Positions 9,243 through 17,211 of a DNA stretch of 25,976 nucleotides are shown one piece after another. The position numbers and the translations under genes were made by a program. The stretch is from a virus (lineage: Duplodnaviria > Heunggongvirae > Uroviricota > Caudoviricetes). The stretch spans positions 1 to 25,976 of the IMG/VR virus record IMGVR_UViG_2529293141_000017; one strand, written 5' to 3'. Numbering within the stretch: the first letter of the stretch is position 1; every line of letters begins with the position of its first letter. The notes below the pieces were generated by a model. It ran no database searches, was not told where the DNA came from, and saw nothing but the letters and a program-made list of their open reading frames with translations.

Positions 9243-10472
9243 ATGAGCAGAGCACTTAACAAACTGAGCGATACACAGCTGAGGAAAATCAACGGCACAC
9301 CCGCCCAAAAAACAGCCTTTCTTAATGACGGTGGAAACCTGAGCGTCAGGCATTCAACCAGTGGCCTTTTAACCTGGTATTTCACTTACAGGGCCGGAAC
9401 GGGAAGGGGGGCACCACCGGAACGCATTAAGCTGGGAAATTATCCTGATCTGAGCCTGAAATCAGCCAGGGAAAAAGCCGCCCAGTGTCGCGCATGGCTG
9501 GCAGAGGGGAAAAATCCACGTCATGAAATGAATTACACCGTACAGGAAGCGTTAAAGCCGGTAACGGTTGGCGATGCGCTCACCTACTGGCTTGAGTCGT
9601 ACGCAAAGGAAAACCGTGTGGATTATGACCCACTGAAAAAGCGGCTAAATAATCACGTAATACAGCACATTGGCCCTATGCCGCTGGATAAATGCGAGCT
9701 ACGGCACTGGCTGACCTGTTTTGATCGGGTGGCAAAGAAAGCCCCTGTTTCCGCCGGGTTCCTGCTACAGACATGCAAGCAGGCGCTTAAGTTCTGCAGG
9801 AAGCGGCGCTATGCAATCAGCAACGTTCTTGATGATATGAGTGTGGCGGACGTTGGGAAAAAACCGGATATAAGTGAGCGTGTCTTAAGTAACAAAGAAC
9901 TTGGCGAATTATTGCAGGCACTGGACAAAAAAATATTTTCCCCTTACTACGTCGCACTAATCCGCCTCCTGATTGTTTTCGGATGCCGGACAGTAGAACT
10001 GAGGTTATCGGAGATCGGCGAGTGGGATTTTACCGAAATGCTCTGGACCGTTCCGAAGGAGCACAGCAAAACGAAGGTAGCCATATTCCGGCCCATACCG
10101 GAAGCGATACTGCCGTTCGTCACGCAGCTGGTGGAGCAGAACAGGCACACGGGCTTATTGCTGGGGGAAGTGAAACAGGAAACCAGCGTATCGCAGTACG
10201 GCAGATTGGTGCACAGGAGGCTTAAACACCCTCACTGGTCACTGCATGACATCCGGCGCACCTTTACAACCATGCTGAACGATTTAGGCGTTGATCCTCA
10301 CGTCGTGGAGCAGCTTACAGGCCACCAGATGCCAGGAATGCAACGCGTGTACAACCATTCCCGCTATATTGATGCGAAACGCAATGCGCTTGATATGTGG
10401 GTGGAGCGGTTGGAGATACTGGCGGGAACACATGAAAACGTAACCACGCTACCAGTAACCAGAATAAAATAA
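9243..10472 (+). CDS. int: Tyrosine integrase (P4-type)
   Basis: N-terminal LSDTQLRKI...NDGGNLSV...WYFTYR arm-binding-like region, and a C-terminal catalytic region with HDIRRTF and a terminal RY...H. Alternative ATG at 9222. Confidence 0.88.
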   Translation: MSRALNKLSDTQLRKINGTPAQKTAFLNDGGNLSVRHSTSGLLTWYFTYRAGTGRGAPPERIKLGNYPDLSLKSAREKAAQCRAWLAEGKNPRHEMNYTVQEALKPVTVGDALTYWLESYAKENRVDYDPLKKRLNNHVIQHIGPMPLDKCELRHWLTCFDRVAKKAPVSAGFLLQTCKQALKFCRKRRYAISNVLDDMSVADVGKKPDISERVLSNKELGELLQALDKKIFSPYYVALIRLLIVFGCRTVELRLSEIGEWDFTEMLWTVPKEHSKTKVAIFRPIPEAILPFVTQLVEQNRHTGLLLGEVKQETSVSQYGRLVHRRLKHPHWSLHDIRRTFTTMLNDLGVDPHVVEQLTGHQMPGMQRVYNHSRYIDAKRNALDMWVERLEILAGTHENVTTLPVTRIK

Positions 10473-10846
10473 TTTTTTTCGTGTTTTTTCAGTATGCGCA
10501 TACTGGATAAGTGCACAGATACAACGTGAAACAATGTGCAATAACGTGACACAATCACGAACAAGAGGCCAAAAAGAATACAGATTTATAAGTTACTGAT
10601 TTTTAATGCTCAGCTGGTTTTTTATACATTAGTGAATTACGCGTTAAAGCGTGCGAAAAAAGGCATAAAACAAGATTTTATGCCTTTGTATTAACATGAA
10701 TTTAAATGATTTTATCCTGATTATTCCTCTTTCTGTAAACCATGCGACACCAACATTTGCCAACTCTGAATCATCCTGACACAATCAGACACATCCCAAC
10801 GCAATAGAACACGAAATAACTCTTTAAGAAACGAAAGGGGGCAATA

Positions 10847-11035
10847 GTGTTAAGCACTGATCGGTTTATACGTGAAAAAGAATGCGAAAAGCTAACAGGC
10901 CTTAGCCGCTCATGCCGCTACCGCCTGGAAAAGGCCGGACAATTCCCATCACGTCGTAAACTTGGCGGGCGTTCTGTTGGCTGGTCTTTATCTGAGGTTT
11001 TGGCCTGGAAGGATAGCTGCAAGGCAGTTCACTAA
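10847..11035 (+). CDS. alpA: AlpA-family (MerR/Xis-like) transcriptional regulator
   Basis: 62 aa with LTGLSRS..YRL...FP..RKLGGRSVGW, matching the AlpA pattern. GTG start with an AAGGGGG Shine-Dalgarno. Confidence 0.75.
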   Translation: MLSTDRFIREKECEKLTGLSRSCRYRLEKAGQFPSRRKLGGRSVGWSLSEVLAWKDSCKAVH

Positions 11036-11215
11036 AAAGACTGGCGGCACACAGCCACCACCAATCCATTATTGACCGATACCGGGATCTCGGTATCGGG
11101 AATAAACGCCATAATACTGAGGTATAACCATGATGAAATATACGCCCGTACAGGGGCGGGGATTCGTTCGCCCTGGTGAATCTGAAAAGCCATGCTATAG
11201 GGTATTTTCAGGCAT

Positions 11216-11243
11216 AAAAAAAGCGGTCCCGATATGGAACCGC
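11216..11243 (-). terminator. Rho-independent terminator for the minus-strand repressor cassette
   Basis: On the minus strand: GGCGGTTCC atatc GGGACCGC followed by T7. Confidence 0.45.
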
Positions 11244-11311
11244 CTTTCTGAACAATTAACCCGCTGCGCCGTATGTGTCAACAATCATAAGCCCGAACAT
11301 GATAACCGTGA

Positions 11312-11515
11312 TCAGGCTGGTGGGCAATTACCTTGCTTGTTGGGGCCGTATTGTGCTGCCATTTTCATCCGTTCAGAACGTGAATATTTTTTTAGAAACT
11401 CATCAAGGACAAAAGCGCATGGAGCGAATCTTTCTGATTCATGCTCGAGCGCCATATTTTCGTGCTCTCTGTTCGTTTTTTGCGATGGTGTATTGGTTGA
11501 TTCTTTATTGGTCAT
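11312..11515 (-). CDS. Hypothetical small protein (67 aa), second gene of repressor cassette A
   Basis: Paralogue of 12028-12255: shared MTN start and a conserved C-terminal F-x-L-D/E-x-F-x-K-Y-x-R motif. It is followed by a terminator. Confidence 0.45.
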   Translation of the reverse strand: MTNKESTNTPSQKTNREHENMALEHESERFAPCAFVLDEFLKKYSRSERMKMAAQYGPNKQGNCPPA

Positions 11516-11572
11516 TGTGTGTACCTGTAAAGCAATGCGCCGTAGTACCTCACGCCACGGCGCTGATAGTAA

Positions 11573-11752
11573 TTATTCTGATTCTTTGGCCTTGCGGCGC
11601 TGGCGGCGTTTGATCTCGCCTTTTGCTGCCGTAACTAGAAATCCGGCGGTACTTTCGCCAGGTTCTTTAAGTTGCTCAATATCGGTCATTACCTCATGCG
11701 GGATTCTGACCGTTGTCATTTGTGATTTTGCGTTCTTTGCACCTGTTGCCAT
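11573..11752 (-). CDS. Ribbon-helix-helix DNA-binding protein (59 aa), candidate island repressor, copy A
   Basis: Own translation MATGAKNAKSQMTTVRIPHEVMTDIEQLKEPGESTAGFLVTAAKGEIKRRQRRKAKESE, with a beta-strand / helix / helix pattern. AGGAGA Shine-Dalgarno 7 nt upstream. Divergent from a plus-strand promoter and operators. Confidence 0.55.
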   Translation of the reverse strand: MATGAKNAKSQMTTVRIPHEVMTDIEQLKEPGESTAGFLVTAAKGEIKRRQRRKAKESE

Positions 11753-11771
11753 TTCTGGTTCTCCTGATAAT

Positions 11772-11864
11772 CGGTGTATTTCAGTATACGCAAAAAAAAG
11801 ATAAAAAAAGTCTTGCGGTGTATTTCACCTGAATGTAGATTTAAAAATGAAGGTGAAATACACC
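11772..11864. promoter_or_regulatory. Operator/promoter region A: GGTGTATTTCACC in three copies, two forming a perfect 13-bp inverted pair
   Basis: 11817-11829 and 11852-11864 are exact reverse complements; a third direct copy lies at 11772-11783. The region sits between divergent genes. Confidence 0.45.
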
Positions 11865-11938
11865 CAAAACAACAACGCCCCGCAGTGATGGGAACACATA
11901 CGGGGCGTCTAACCAAACCATTAATTGAGGTAACGATT

Positions 11939-12010
11939 ATGGCTATAAAAGAGCATAGCTTACTCTTTATACACACACAAACGCCCCGGAAACGGAATAA
12001 TCCGTTTCAT
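11939..12010 (+). pseudogene. Truncated 5' remnant of an Icd-like gene (paralogue of 12685-12879)
   Basis: MAIKEHSLLFIHTQT... shares the M-x-x-x-H-x-x-x-L-x-HTQT start with 12685, then loses similarity where cassette B begins. Confidence 0.35.
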
Positions 12011-12027
12011 AGTTCGGTTTTGTGCAC

Positions 12028-12255
12028 TCATCCTGGCGGTCGGTTTTTGCCGGATTTAAGCCGCCGTGGGTATTTATCGACAAAATCTTCAAGGGCAAAT
12101 TTTTCTGGTGGCACTAAGCGCGGCGCTGGTGGTGGTATTTTTGTTCTGGTTAGTTCTTCCTCAACTCTGGCGCAGGCTTCTGACTGCCTTTGCCGGATGA
12201 TTTCATCATCTTGCGTTTGCGTGTCTTGTATTGGTGATAGTGTGTTGTTGGTCAT
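12028..12255 (-). CDS. Hypothetical small protein (75 aa), second gene of repressor cassette B
   Basis: Paralogue of 11312-11515, same position in the cassette. Confidence 0.5.
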   Translation of the reverse strand: MTNNTLSPIQDTQTQDDEIIRQRQSEACARVEEELTRTKIPPPAPRLVPPEKFALEDFVDKYPRRLKSGKNRPPG

Positions 12256-12312
12256 GATACTGCCCTGTAAAGCAATGCGCCGTAGTACCTCACACCACGG
12301 CGCTGATAGTGA

Positions 12313-12492
12313 TTATTCTGATTCTTTGGCCTTGCGACGCTGGCGGTATTCAACTTCCCGCTTTAATGCAGCTGTAACAAACTGCCCTGTACTTTCGCCG
12401 GGCATTTTTACCGCCTCAACATTGTTCATAACTTCATGTGGAACCCTTGCCGCAACTGTTTGTGATTTTGCGTTTACTGCTTTTGTCGCCAT
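12313..12492 (-). CDS. Ribbon-helix-helix DNA-binding protein (59 aa), candidate island repressor, copy B
   Basis: MATKAVNAKSQTVAARVPHEVMNNVEAVKMPGESTGQFVTAALKREV.... GAGGGG Shine-Dalgarno upstream. Divergent from the replication operon. Confidence 0.6.
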   Translation of the reverse strand: MATKAVNAKSQTVAARVPHEVMNNVEAVKMPGESTGQFVTAALKREVEYRQRRKAKESE

Positions 12493-12542
12493 GTTGAGCA
12501 CCCCTCATAAAAAACAAATGCAGTATGCAGGAAAAAAAACAA

Positions 12543-12594
12543 GTGTTCAACACTTGACGTGTTTAACACCTCGATTTAAATTGGTGTTCAACAC
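12543..12594. promoter_or_regulatory. Operator/promoter region B: three GTGTT(C/T)AACAC palindromes overlapping a TTGACG-N17-TAAATT promoter
   Basis: Palindromes at 12543, 12559 and 12584 bracket the -35 and -10 of the plus-strand promoter feeding 12685 onward. Confidence 0.5.
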
Positions 12595-12684
12595 CTTATT
12601 TAGGCAAGGTGTAGAAACGACGAAACCCCGCACTGTAGGAGCAGTAACGGGGCTTCTAACCAACAACGTAAACGAGGAGCCGTT

Positions 12685-12879
12685 ATGGTTGCCGTAAATC
12701 ATATACCACACCTTGTACACACACAAACGGCCTTTGTGTGGCGTTTTCTGGCACTGAGTGCCGGAGAATCTCAAATCATCCACGTAACCGCCTGGACGGA
12801 ACGCGAAGCGCGTAACCTTTGCCCGTCCGGTTGTGTTGCTGTATTTGCCGCCCGTATTCGCCAGGGGGTAGGCTTATGA
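12685..12879 (+). CDS. Small protein, possibly Icd-like (host cell division inhibitor family); first gene of the early operon
   Basis: 64 aa with a GAGGAG Shine-Dalgarno. The motif FVWRFLALS...TEREAR...FAARI resembles Icd-like proteins of P4-type elements, from memory only. Confidence 0.5.
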   Translation: MVAVNHIPHLVHTQTAFVWRFLALSAGESQIIHVTAWTEREARNLCPSGCVAVFAARIRQGVGL

Positions 12880-13109
12880 GCCAGGAAATCACACTACAAC
12901 AGGCAGCAGAACGCGCCCACCAAATCGAAGTTATTTGCGCACTGGCAGAGGATTACCCTGGCATGATGACCGACAGCGAATCAGGGGCAATCATCGGCTT
13001 ACTTAAACGCCTTAGCGGTGAGGTCTGCGTATTCCTGAGCGATGAACAGGAAAGAAGAACGCTTATTTCTAACGAAAAAAAATGCGGAGGGGTACACCAT
13101 GTGCAATAA
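12876..13109 (+). CDS. Hypothetical protein (77 aa)
   Basis: ATG overlaps the upstream stop (ATGA); GGGGGT Shine-Dalgarno; translationally coupled. Confidence 0.5.
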   Translation: MSQEITLQQAAERAHQIEVICALAEDYPGMMTDSESGAIIGLLKRLSGEVCVFLSDEQERRTLISNEKKCGGVHHVQ

Positions 13110-13341
13110 CATCCGTCCGGACGCAGCCGCCGCCGCACTCACTACGCTGATGCACGCGCTTATTGATATTGAATGCACGGCAGAGCTTGCACAAAAGGAA
13201 GAACGGGAGGAATACACATTGTTCGCCCTGGAATGTATCCGATACACCGCCACGCGGTCGCTGAATGACGCTAAAAATATTCTTGTTGCAGATTGTGAAA
13301 ATGGGGGGGGGTTATGCGTGATGATCGTTTTAATTCCCTGA
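13099..13341 (+). CDS. Hypothetical protein (80 aa) with a G9 tract near its 3' end
   Basis: GGAGGGG Shine-Dalgarno before ATG 13099; overlaps the neighbouring genes. Confidence 0.45.
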   Translation: MCNNIRPDAAAAALTTLMHALIDIECTAELAQKEEREEYTLFALECIRYTATRSLNDAKNILVADCENGGGLCVMIVLIP

Positions 13342-13547
13342 AACAAGAATTTTCCGGCGTTCCTGATGATGCGGCTGATGCGCTTTCGTCAATGCCAGAA
13401 CTTATTAGAGCGGCTTTTTTCTTACTTTCCACGAGAGAATATAAATCAACGGGGCTTGATGTACTGAATATCGCCGCCGATTATGCGGAATATGTGGCAG
13501 AGGCGCGTTACAGAAGAAAATTTCCTGAGGATGTAAGCCATGCGTGA
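13314..13547 (+). CDS. Hypothetical protein (77 aa)
   Basis: ATG directly after the G9 tract, which serves as its Shine-Dalgarno; operon context. Confidence 0.5.
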   Translation: MRDDRFNSLKQEFSGVPDDAADALSSMPELIRAAFFLLSTREYKSTGLDVLNIAADYAEYVAEARYRRKFPEDVSHA

Positions 13548-13773
13548 TATTTACCACGAAACAACAGAACGCGTATTTCTTGCACTTTCTCACAGTGAAA
13601 ACATGCTGGAAATATTGCGCATATGGCTTGAAACACTTGGCGACAATGAACGCGACAAACAAAAATCAAGAATTGTCACGGCATTAATAACGCTTCTTGA
13701 GCCTGTAATAATGGAACTACAAGAAATAGAGACATTGCACGACAGATATAACGAACAGCACACCGGAGAATAA
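13540..13773 (+). CDS. Hypothetical protein (77 aa)
   Basis: Start overlaps the upstream stop (ATGCGTGA); operon context. Confidence 0.5.
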   Translation: MRDIYHETTERVFLALSHSENMLEILRIWLETLGDNERDKQKSRIVTALITLLEPVIMELQEIETLHDRYNEQHTGE

Positions 13774-13778
13774 AAATA

Positions 13779-14078
13779 ATGAAACTTAAATATTCTGGCT
13801 TAACTGCCAGTGGCAACACTCACCCTAAATTTACGCGCGGTGATATTTACCGCGACCAGTACGGCGGTACGGTAATGATTAAGGGCGTGGCGGGACGGTG
13901 CGTAACTTACCGCCGTGAAGGTTACGAATATGATTGCGTGATGCCTGTTTATCAGTTCCGGCGTGATTTTTCTCTGGTACAGACCGCGCCGCATAACGTG
14001 CCCACCAGCAGGGAGAAAGCACGCGCCAATATTCAGAAGATGAAAAACATGATTAACGGATTCAGGGGCAAGAAATGA
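13779..14078 (+). CDS. Hypothetical protein (99 aa), translationally coupled to the helicase gene
   Basis: Stop overlaps the helicase ATG (ATGA). Confidence 0.55.
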   Translation: MKLKYSGLTASGNTHPKFTRGDIYRDQYGGTVMIKGVAGRCVTYRREGYEYDCVMPVYQFRRDFSLVQTAPHNVPTSREKARANIQKMKNMINGFRGKK

Positions 14079-15472
14079 AAAGCGCACCGAACTTAAAAAA
14101 ACAGCCTTACGACAAGATGACCGAAGTCATCATTTTTGCGGGTAGTGATGCGTGGGCACATGCGAAACAGTGGCAGGAACAGGACGGGCGACTGGCTGGC
14201 GATAATGTGCCTCCCATTGTGCTGGCTGATGATCAACTGGATGAACTGGCAGACCTGAGAATCATCGACGAGGGGCGCTATTGTGTCCGGCTGTACAAGG
14301 CAGGCCACATCAGGCCATCAAATATTAATGCCATTGCGCACAAGCTGGCGGCGGCGGGCGTAACTGATGCGAATTATTACCCCGAAGGGATACACAGCCA
14401 GAAGCGGGAGAACTGGCGCGAATATCTGGAACGGGAGCGGGGGAAAAAGCCAGGGGAAGAACACCACCAGCGAAAAACCACGCTACCGATGAGCGTTGGA
14501 TCTGCCGGATACGACACGCAATTAGATTACGTGGTAAAGGGGATTATTCCGGCATCGTCGCTTTGCAGCATATACGGGGCGAGCGGTTCCTATAAATCAT
14601 TCCTTGCGGGTTCGTGGGCGTGTCACGTTTCCACGGGCCGCCAGTGGGGAGGCCGCAGGGTGGCGCATGGCGCTGTTCTCTATGTGGTTGGTGAAGGCGG
14701 TATCGGCGTTCCGCGTCGTGTAAAAGCCTGGGAGGTTGTGCACGGTGAGCAGGTGAAAAATCTGTATCTGGTAAACCGTCCCATCTTTCCGGCGGTCCCG
14801 CTTGATGTTGATGAAATGGTTATCGCTGCCCGTCAGGTGGAGCGGGAAACGGGTAAACCTGTACGCATGATTATTCTGGATACGCTGGCGCGTTGCTTTG
14901 GTGGGAATGATGAAAATGATTCCCGTGATATGGGGGCGTTTATCCGTGGTTGTGACGAACTGAAACGACGCACAGGGGCCACGGTGCTGGTGGTTCACCA
15001 TTCCGGCAAGGATGAGACGAAAGGCGCGCGCGGTTCCAGTGCATTTCGTGCATCACTGGATGCTGAATACCGGATACGCAGGGAGGACGCAGGAAGCGAA
15101 GCGCTGGTTATCTCATGCACCAAAATGAAGGACGCGGAGGAACTCAAAGAAGCCGCATATGACTTACGCGTGGTGGAGCTGTTTACCGACGCTGACGGGG
15201 AGTTAATCACGTCGCTGGTGGTGGTGGATAAGCCGCGCCCTCCCGTTGAACTGGAGCGCATCGAGGAGGCAGGCAACAAGACGGAAAACCATACCGCACT
15301 ATGGGGGTGCATCCGTTCACGCACACAGAACGGCGACAAGTGCACGATCCCGCTGTTACGTGATGACATGAAACGGCTTGGGTATGACGTGAAAAATATG
15401 CGGCGATGGTTAGCCAAACTGGAAAAAGACGCCGTGATTTACATTGATGGTGATGATGTAGGACCACTGTAA
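14075..15472 (+). CDS. Replicative ATPase/helicase (RecA-fold, RepA/AAA_25-like) with an N-terminal domain of unknown role
   Basis: Walker A GASGSYKS, Walker B-like ILDTLARCFGG, and VVHHSGKD...GARGSSA motifs. Confidence 0.8.
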   Translation: MKSAPNLKKQPYDKMTEVIIFAGSDAWAHAKQWQEQDGRLAGDNVPPIVLADDQLDELADLRIIDEGRYCVRLYKAGHIRPSNINAIAHKLAAAGVTDANYYPEGIHSQKRENWREYLERERGKKPGEEHHQRKTTLPMSVGSAGYDTQLDYVVKGIIPASSLCSIYGASGSYKSFLAGSWACHVSTGRQWGGRRVAHGAVLYVVGEGGIGVPRRVKAWEVVHGEQVKNLYLVNRPIFPAVPLDVDEMVIAARQVERETGKPVRMIILDTLARCFGGNDENDSRDMGAFIRGCDELKRRTGATVLVVHHSGKDETKGARGSSAFRASLDAEYRIRREDAGSEALVISCTKMKDAEELKEAAYDLRVVELFTDADGELITSLVVVDKPRPPVELERIEEAGNKTENHTALWGCIRSRTQNGDKCTIPLLRDDMKRLGYDVKNMRRWLAKLEKDAVIYIDGDDVGPL

Positions 15473-15672
15473 AAAGTGAGTAGCAAAAGTGAGTAATGAT
15501 GAGGTTTTTACAAAATATTAACACGATTACTCACTTTCTCACCTGTATACATGCTCAAAAGTGAGGAGTAAAAAAATCATTATGAAACATACACATAAAG
15601 CATCAAAAAATATCAAGTGAGACGAAGCGAGACGCTTTAAAAAGTGAGGTGTAAAAGTGAGCATGAGTGAGG
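15473..15672. repeat. Iteron array (AAAGTGAG, at least 7 direct and 1-2 inverted copies) with an AT-rich spacer: candidate island replication origin
   Basis: Copies at 15473, 15486, 15530 (inverted), 15558, 15615, 15641 and 15654, immediately 3' of the helicase gene. Confidence 0.55.
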
Positions 15673-15926
15673 AGATAACCAAAATGCGCAGAGACAGAAC
15701 AGGGCCGAAATATAAAGCGTTAGACATGACAGAGCACGCCTTAAAGGTGGCAATCAGGGTAATAGACCGCCACGCGGGGGAAGGATACGCGAAAGCACAT
15801 CCCGAACTGATAAGCGCATTCATGACCACGACGGCGGCAAATTTTGCCACGCTGACAGAGCGGGAGATTGCCGAAGCGGAACAGGTAACAACCATCAACG
15901 TTAAAACCGGAGAGGTGGAATCATGA
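15663..15926 (+). CDS. Hypothetical protein (87 aa)
   Basis: ORF begins inside the last iterons; its stop overlaps the next ATG. Confidence 0.4.
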   Translation: MSEEITKMRRDRTGPKYKALDMTEHALKVAIRVIDRHAGEGYAKAHPELISAFMTTTAANFATLTEREIAEAEQVTTINVKTGEVES

Positions 15927-16228
15927 GCGAACCAAAATTTGGTGAAAAATTTTACAAGCACAACGGACGGATCACGATTCTGCAAATAAGCGCAGCTACA
16001 CCAGGCTGGTGGGTTGAAACAGACGAAGGATCCTCACCCGTGGCATCATGGGCGCTTTGTGTGCTTAGTTACCCTGACCGCGATGTGTATCAGGATATTC
16101 TGCCTGTGATATCCACTGACAAAGGCATGAAACCCGTAGACATCAAAAACATGGGGTTTCAGTGCGTAATGCTCACTGAAAAAATGATGGAAGAGATGAA
16201 AAAGAACAATGCCGGATCGCTTCACTGA
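15923..16228 (+). CDS. Hypothetical protein (101 aa)
   Basis: Coupled ORF upstream of ssb. Confidence 0.5.
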   Translation: MSEPKFGEKFYKHNGRITILQISAATPGWWVETDEGSSPVASWALCVLSYPDRDVYQDILPVISTDKGMKPVDIKNMGFQCVMLTEKMMEEMKKNNAGSLH

Positions 16229-16237
16229 GGTGGCAAT

Positions 16238-16648
16238 ATGACAGCACAAATTGCAGCTTACGGGCGGCTGGTGGACGACCCGCAGGTAAAACAGAGCAGC
16301 AAGGGCACACCGATGACTCTGGCGCGTATGGCGGTATCGTTGCCATGCAGCCAGGCACATGACGGACAGGCGACGTTATGGTTATCGGTTATCGCATTTG
16401 GCAAACAGGCCGATTTCCTGGCTAAACATCAAAAAGGCGATGTTGCCAGCGTATCCGGCACGATGCAGGTAAGCCAGTGGACCGGACAGAACGGGGAAAC
16501 GCGGCGGGGGTATCAGGTTATTGCAGACAGCGTAATCAGTGCCCGCGCGGCACGTCCAGGCGGGAACAGACGCAAAACCACAGGCACACAGGGTAATCAG
16601 CCACCAGCGGGAGGCGATGACCCTTACGGTGACGGTATTCCGTTCTGA
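16238..16648 (+). CDS. ssb: Single-stranded DNA-binding protein
   Basis: OB-fold-like N-terminal region, a Gly/Pro/Gln-rich linker, and an acidic C-terminal tip DDPYGDGIPF (compare DDDIPF of SSB). Confidence 0.8.
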   Translation: MTAQIAAYGRLVDDPQVKQSSKGTPMTLARMAVSLPCSQAHDGQATLWLSVIAFGKQADFLAKHQKGDVASVSGTMQVSQWTGQNGETRRGYQVIADSVISARAARPGGNRRKTTGTQGNQPPAGGDDPYGDGIPF

Positions 16649-16658
16649 GGGGGTGACG

Positions 16659-16907
16659 ATGGTACATGACCGCATAGCGGAGGAACTCGAGGCAAAAGGC
16701 TTTTACCGGAGGGCGTCGGCGCGATGGGGTGAAGTCATGCAACTGGTGGAGACAGACAAGGAACGGCATCAGGTTACGATGCGACGGCTGGAATGTTCCA
16801 GGAAGGCACAGAGGCCACCGGAGCCGCCAACGGAGAACTACGCAGACCTGAGAAATGCAGTAAATCGCACTTACGCAGACATGGGGCTGAGCAAATTAGC
16901 AGAGTAG
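16659..16907 (+). CDS. PerC-family-like transcriptional regulator (82 aa)
   Basis: MVHDRIAEELEAKGFYRRASARWGEVM resembles the PerC/Pch N-terminal motif; GAGGGGG Shine-Dalgarno. Confidence 0.5.
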   Translation: MVHDRIAEELEAKGFYRRASARWGEVMQLVETDKERHQVTMRRLECSRKAQRPPEPPTENYADLRNAVNRTYADMGLSKLAE

Positions 16908-17173
16908 GAATATCAGAACCACACCATACAGCCGGAGCAATCCGGCTTTTTGTTATTTTTTGTAAATTATTTGTTCGTGGTTGTTCCACGTTGTTCACTG
17001 AGCGGATCGGCATATTTTACCCGAACTGAATCATGATTATTCTCGCCCGTGGTGCCAGGACGCTGGGGCCACTTTCCCGCCTGTTAATGTGCTCGCCAAT
17101 ATTCATTACCAGGCGGGAAAACGATCGGTGCGATTGCTGATTTCCTTATGAAAAACGGTTGAGTGTTTGCCGC

Positions 17174-17211
17174 GTCCTGGAGTTCCTTACTTAACCCCAG
17201 GACTTTTTTTT
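17174..17211 (+). terminator. Terminator-like hairpin plus T8 ending 1 nt before the major capsid ATG
   Basis: GTCCTGG ... CCAGGAC stem followed by TTTTTTTT and then ATG 17212. Confidence 0.45.

Noticed and set aside
11130-12697. Long plus-strand ORFs 11130-11804 (224 aa) and 11774-12697 (307 aa)
   Set aside because: They run antisense across the well-supported minus-strand RHH cassettes, their terminators and their operator/promoter regions, and have no Shine-Dalgarno. Most likely read-through artefacts.
15473-15672. Possible CRISPR array suggested by the AAAGTGAG repeats
   Set aside because: Repeats are only 8 bp, irregularly spaced and in both orientations, with no spacers or cas genes. 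They fit iterons.
15539-15985. 148-aa minus-strand ORF over the iteron region
   Set aside because: Antisense to coupled plus-strand ORFs and spanning the iteron array; no start signals.
17167-17211. TTG start at 17167 for the capsid gene, as in the ORF track
   Set aside because: It would translate through the terminator hairpin and the T8 run (poly-Phe). ATG 17212 gives a typical capsid N-terminus.
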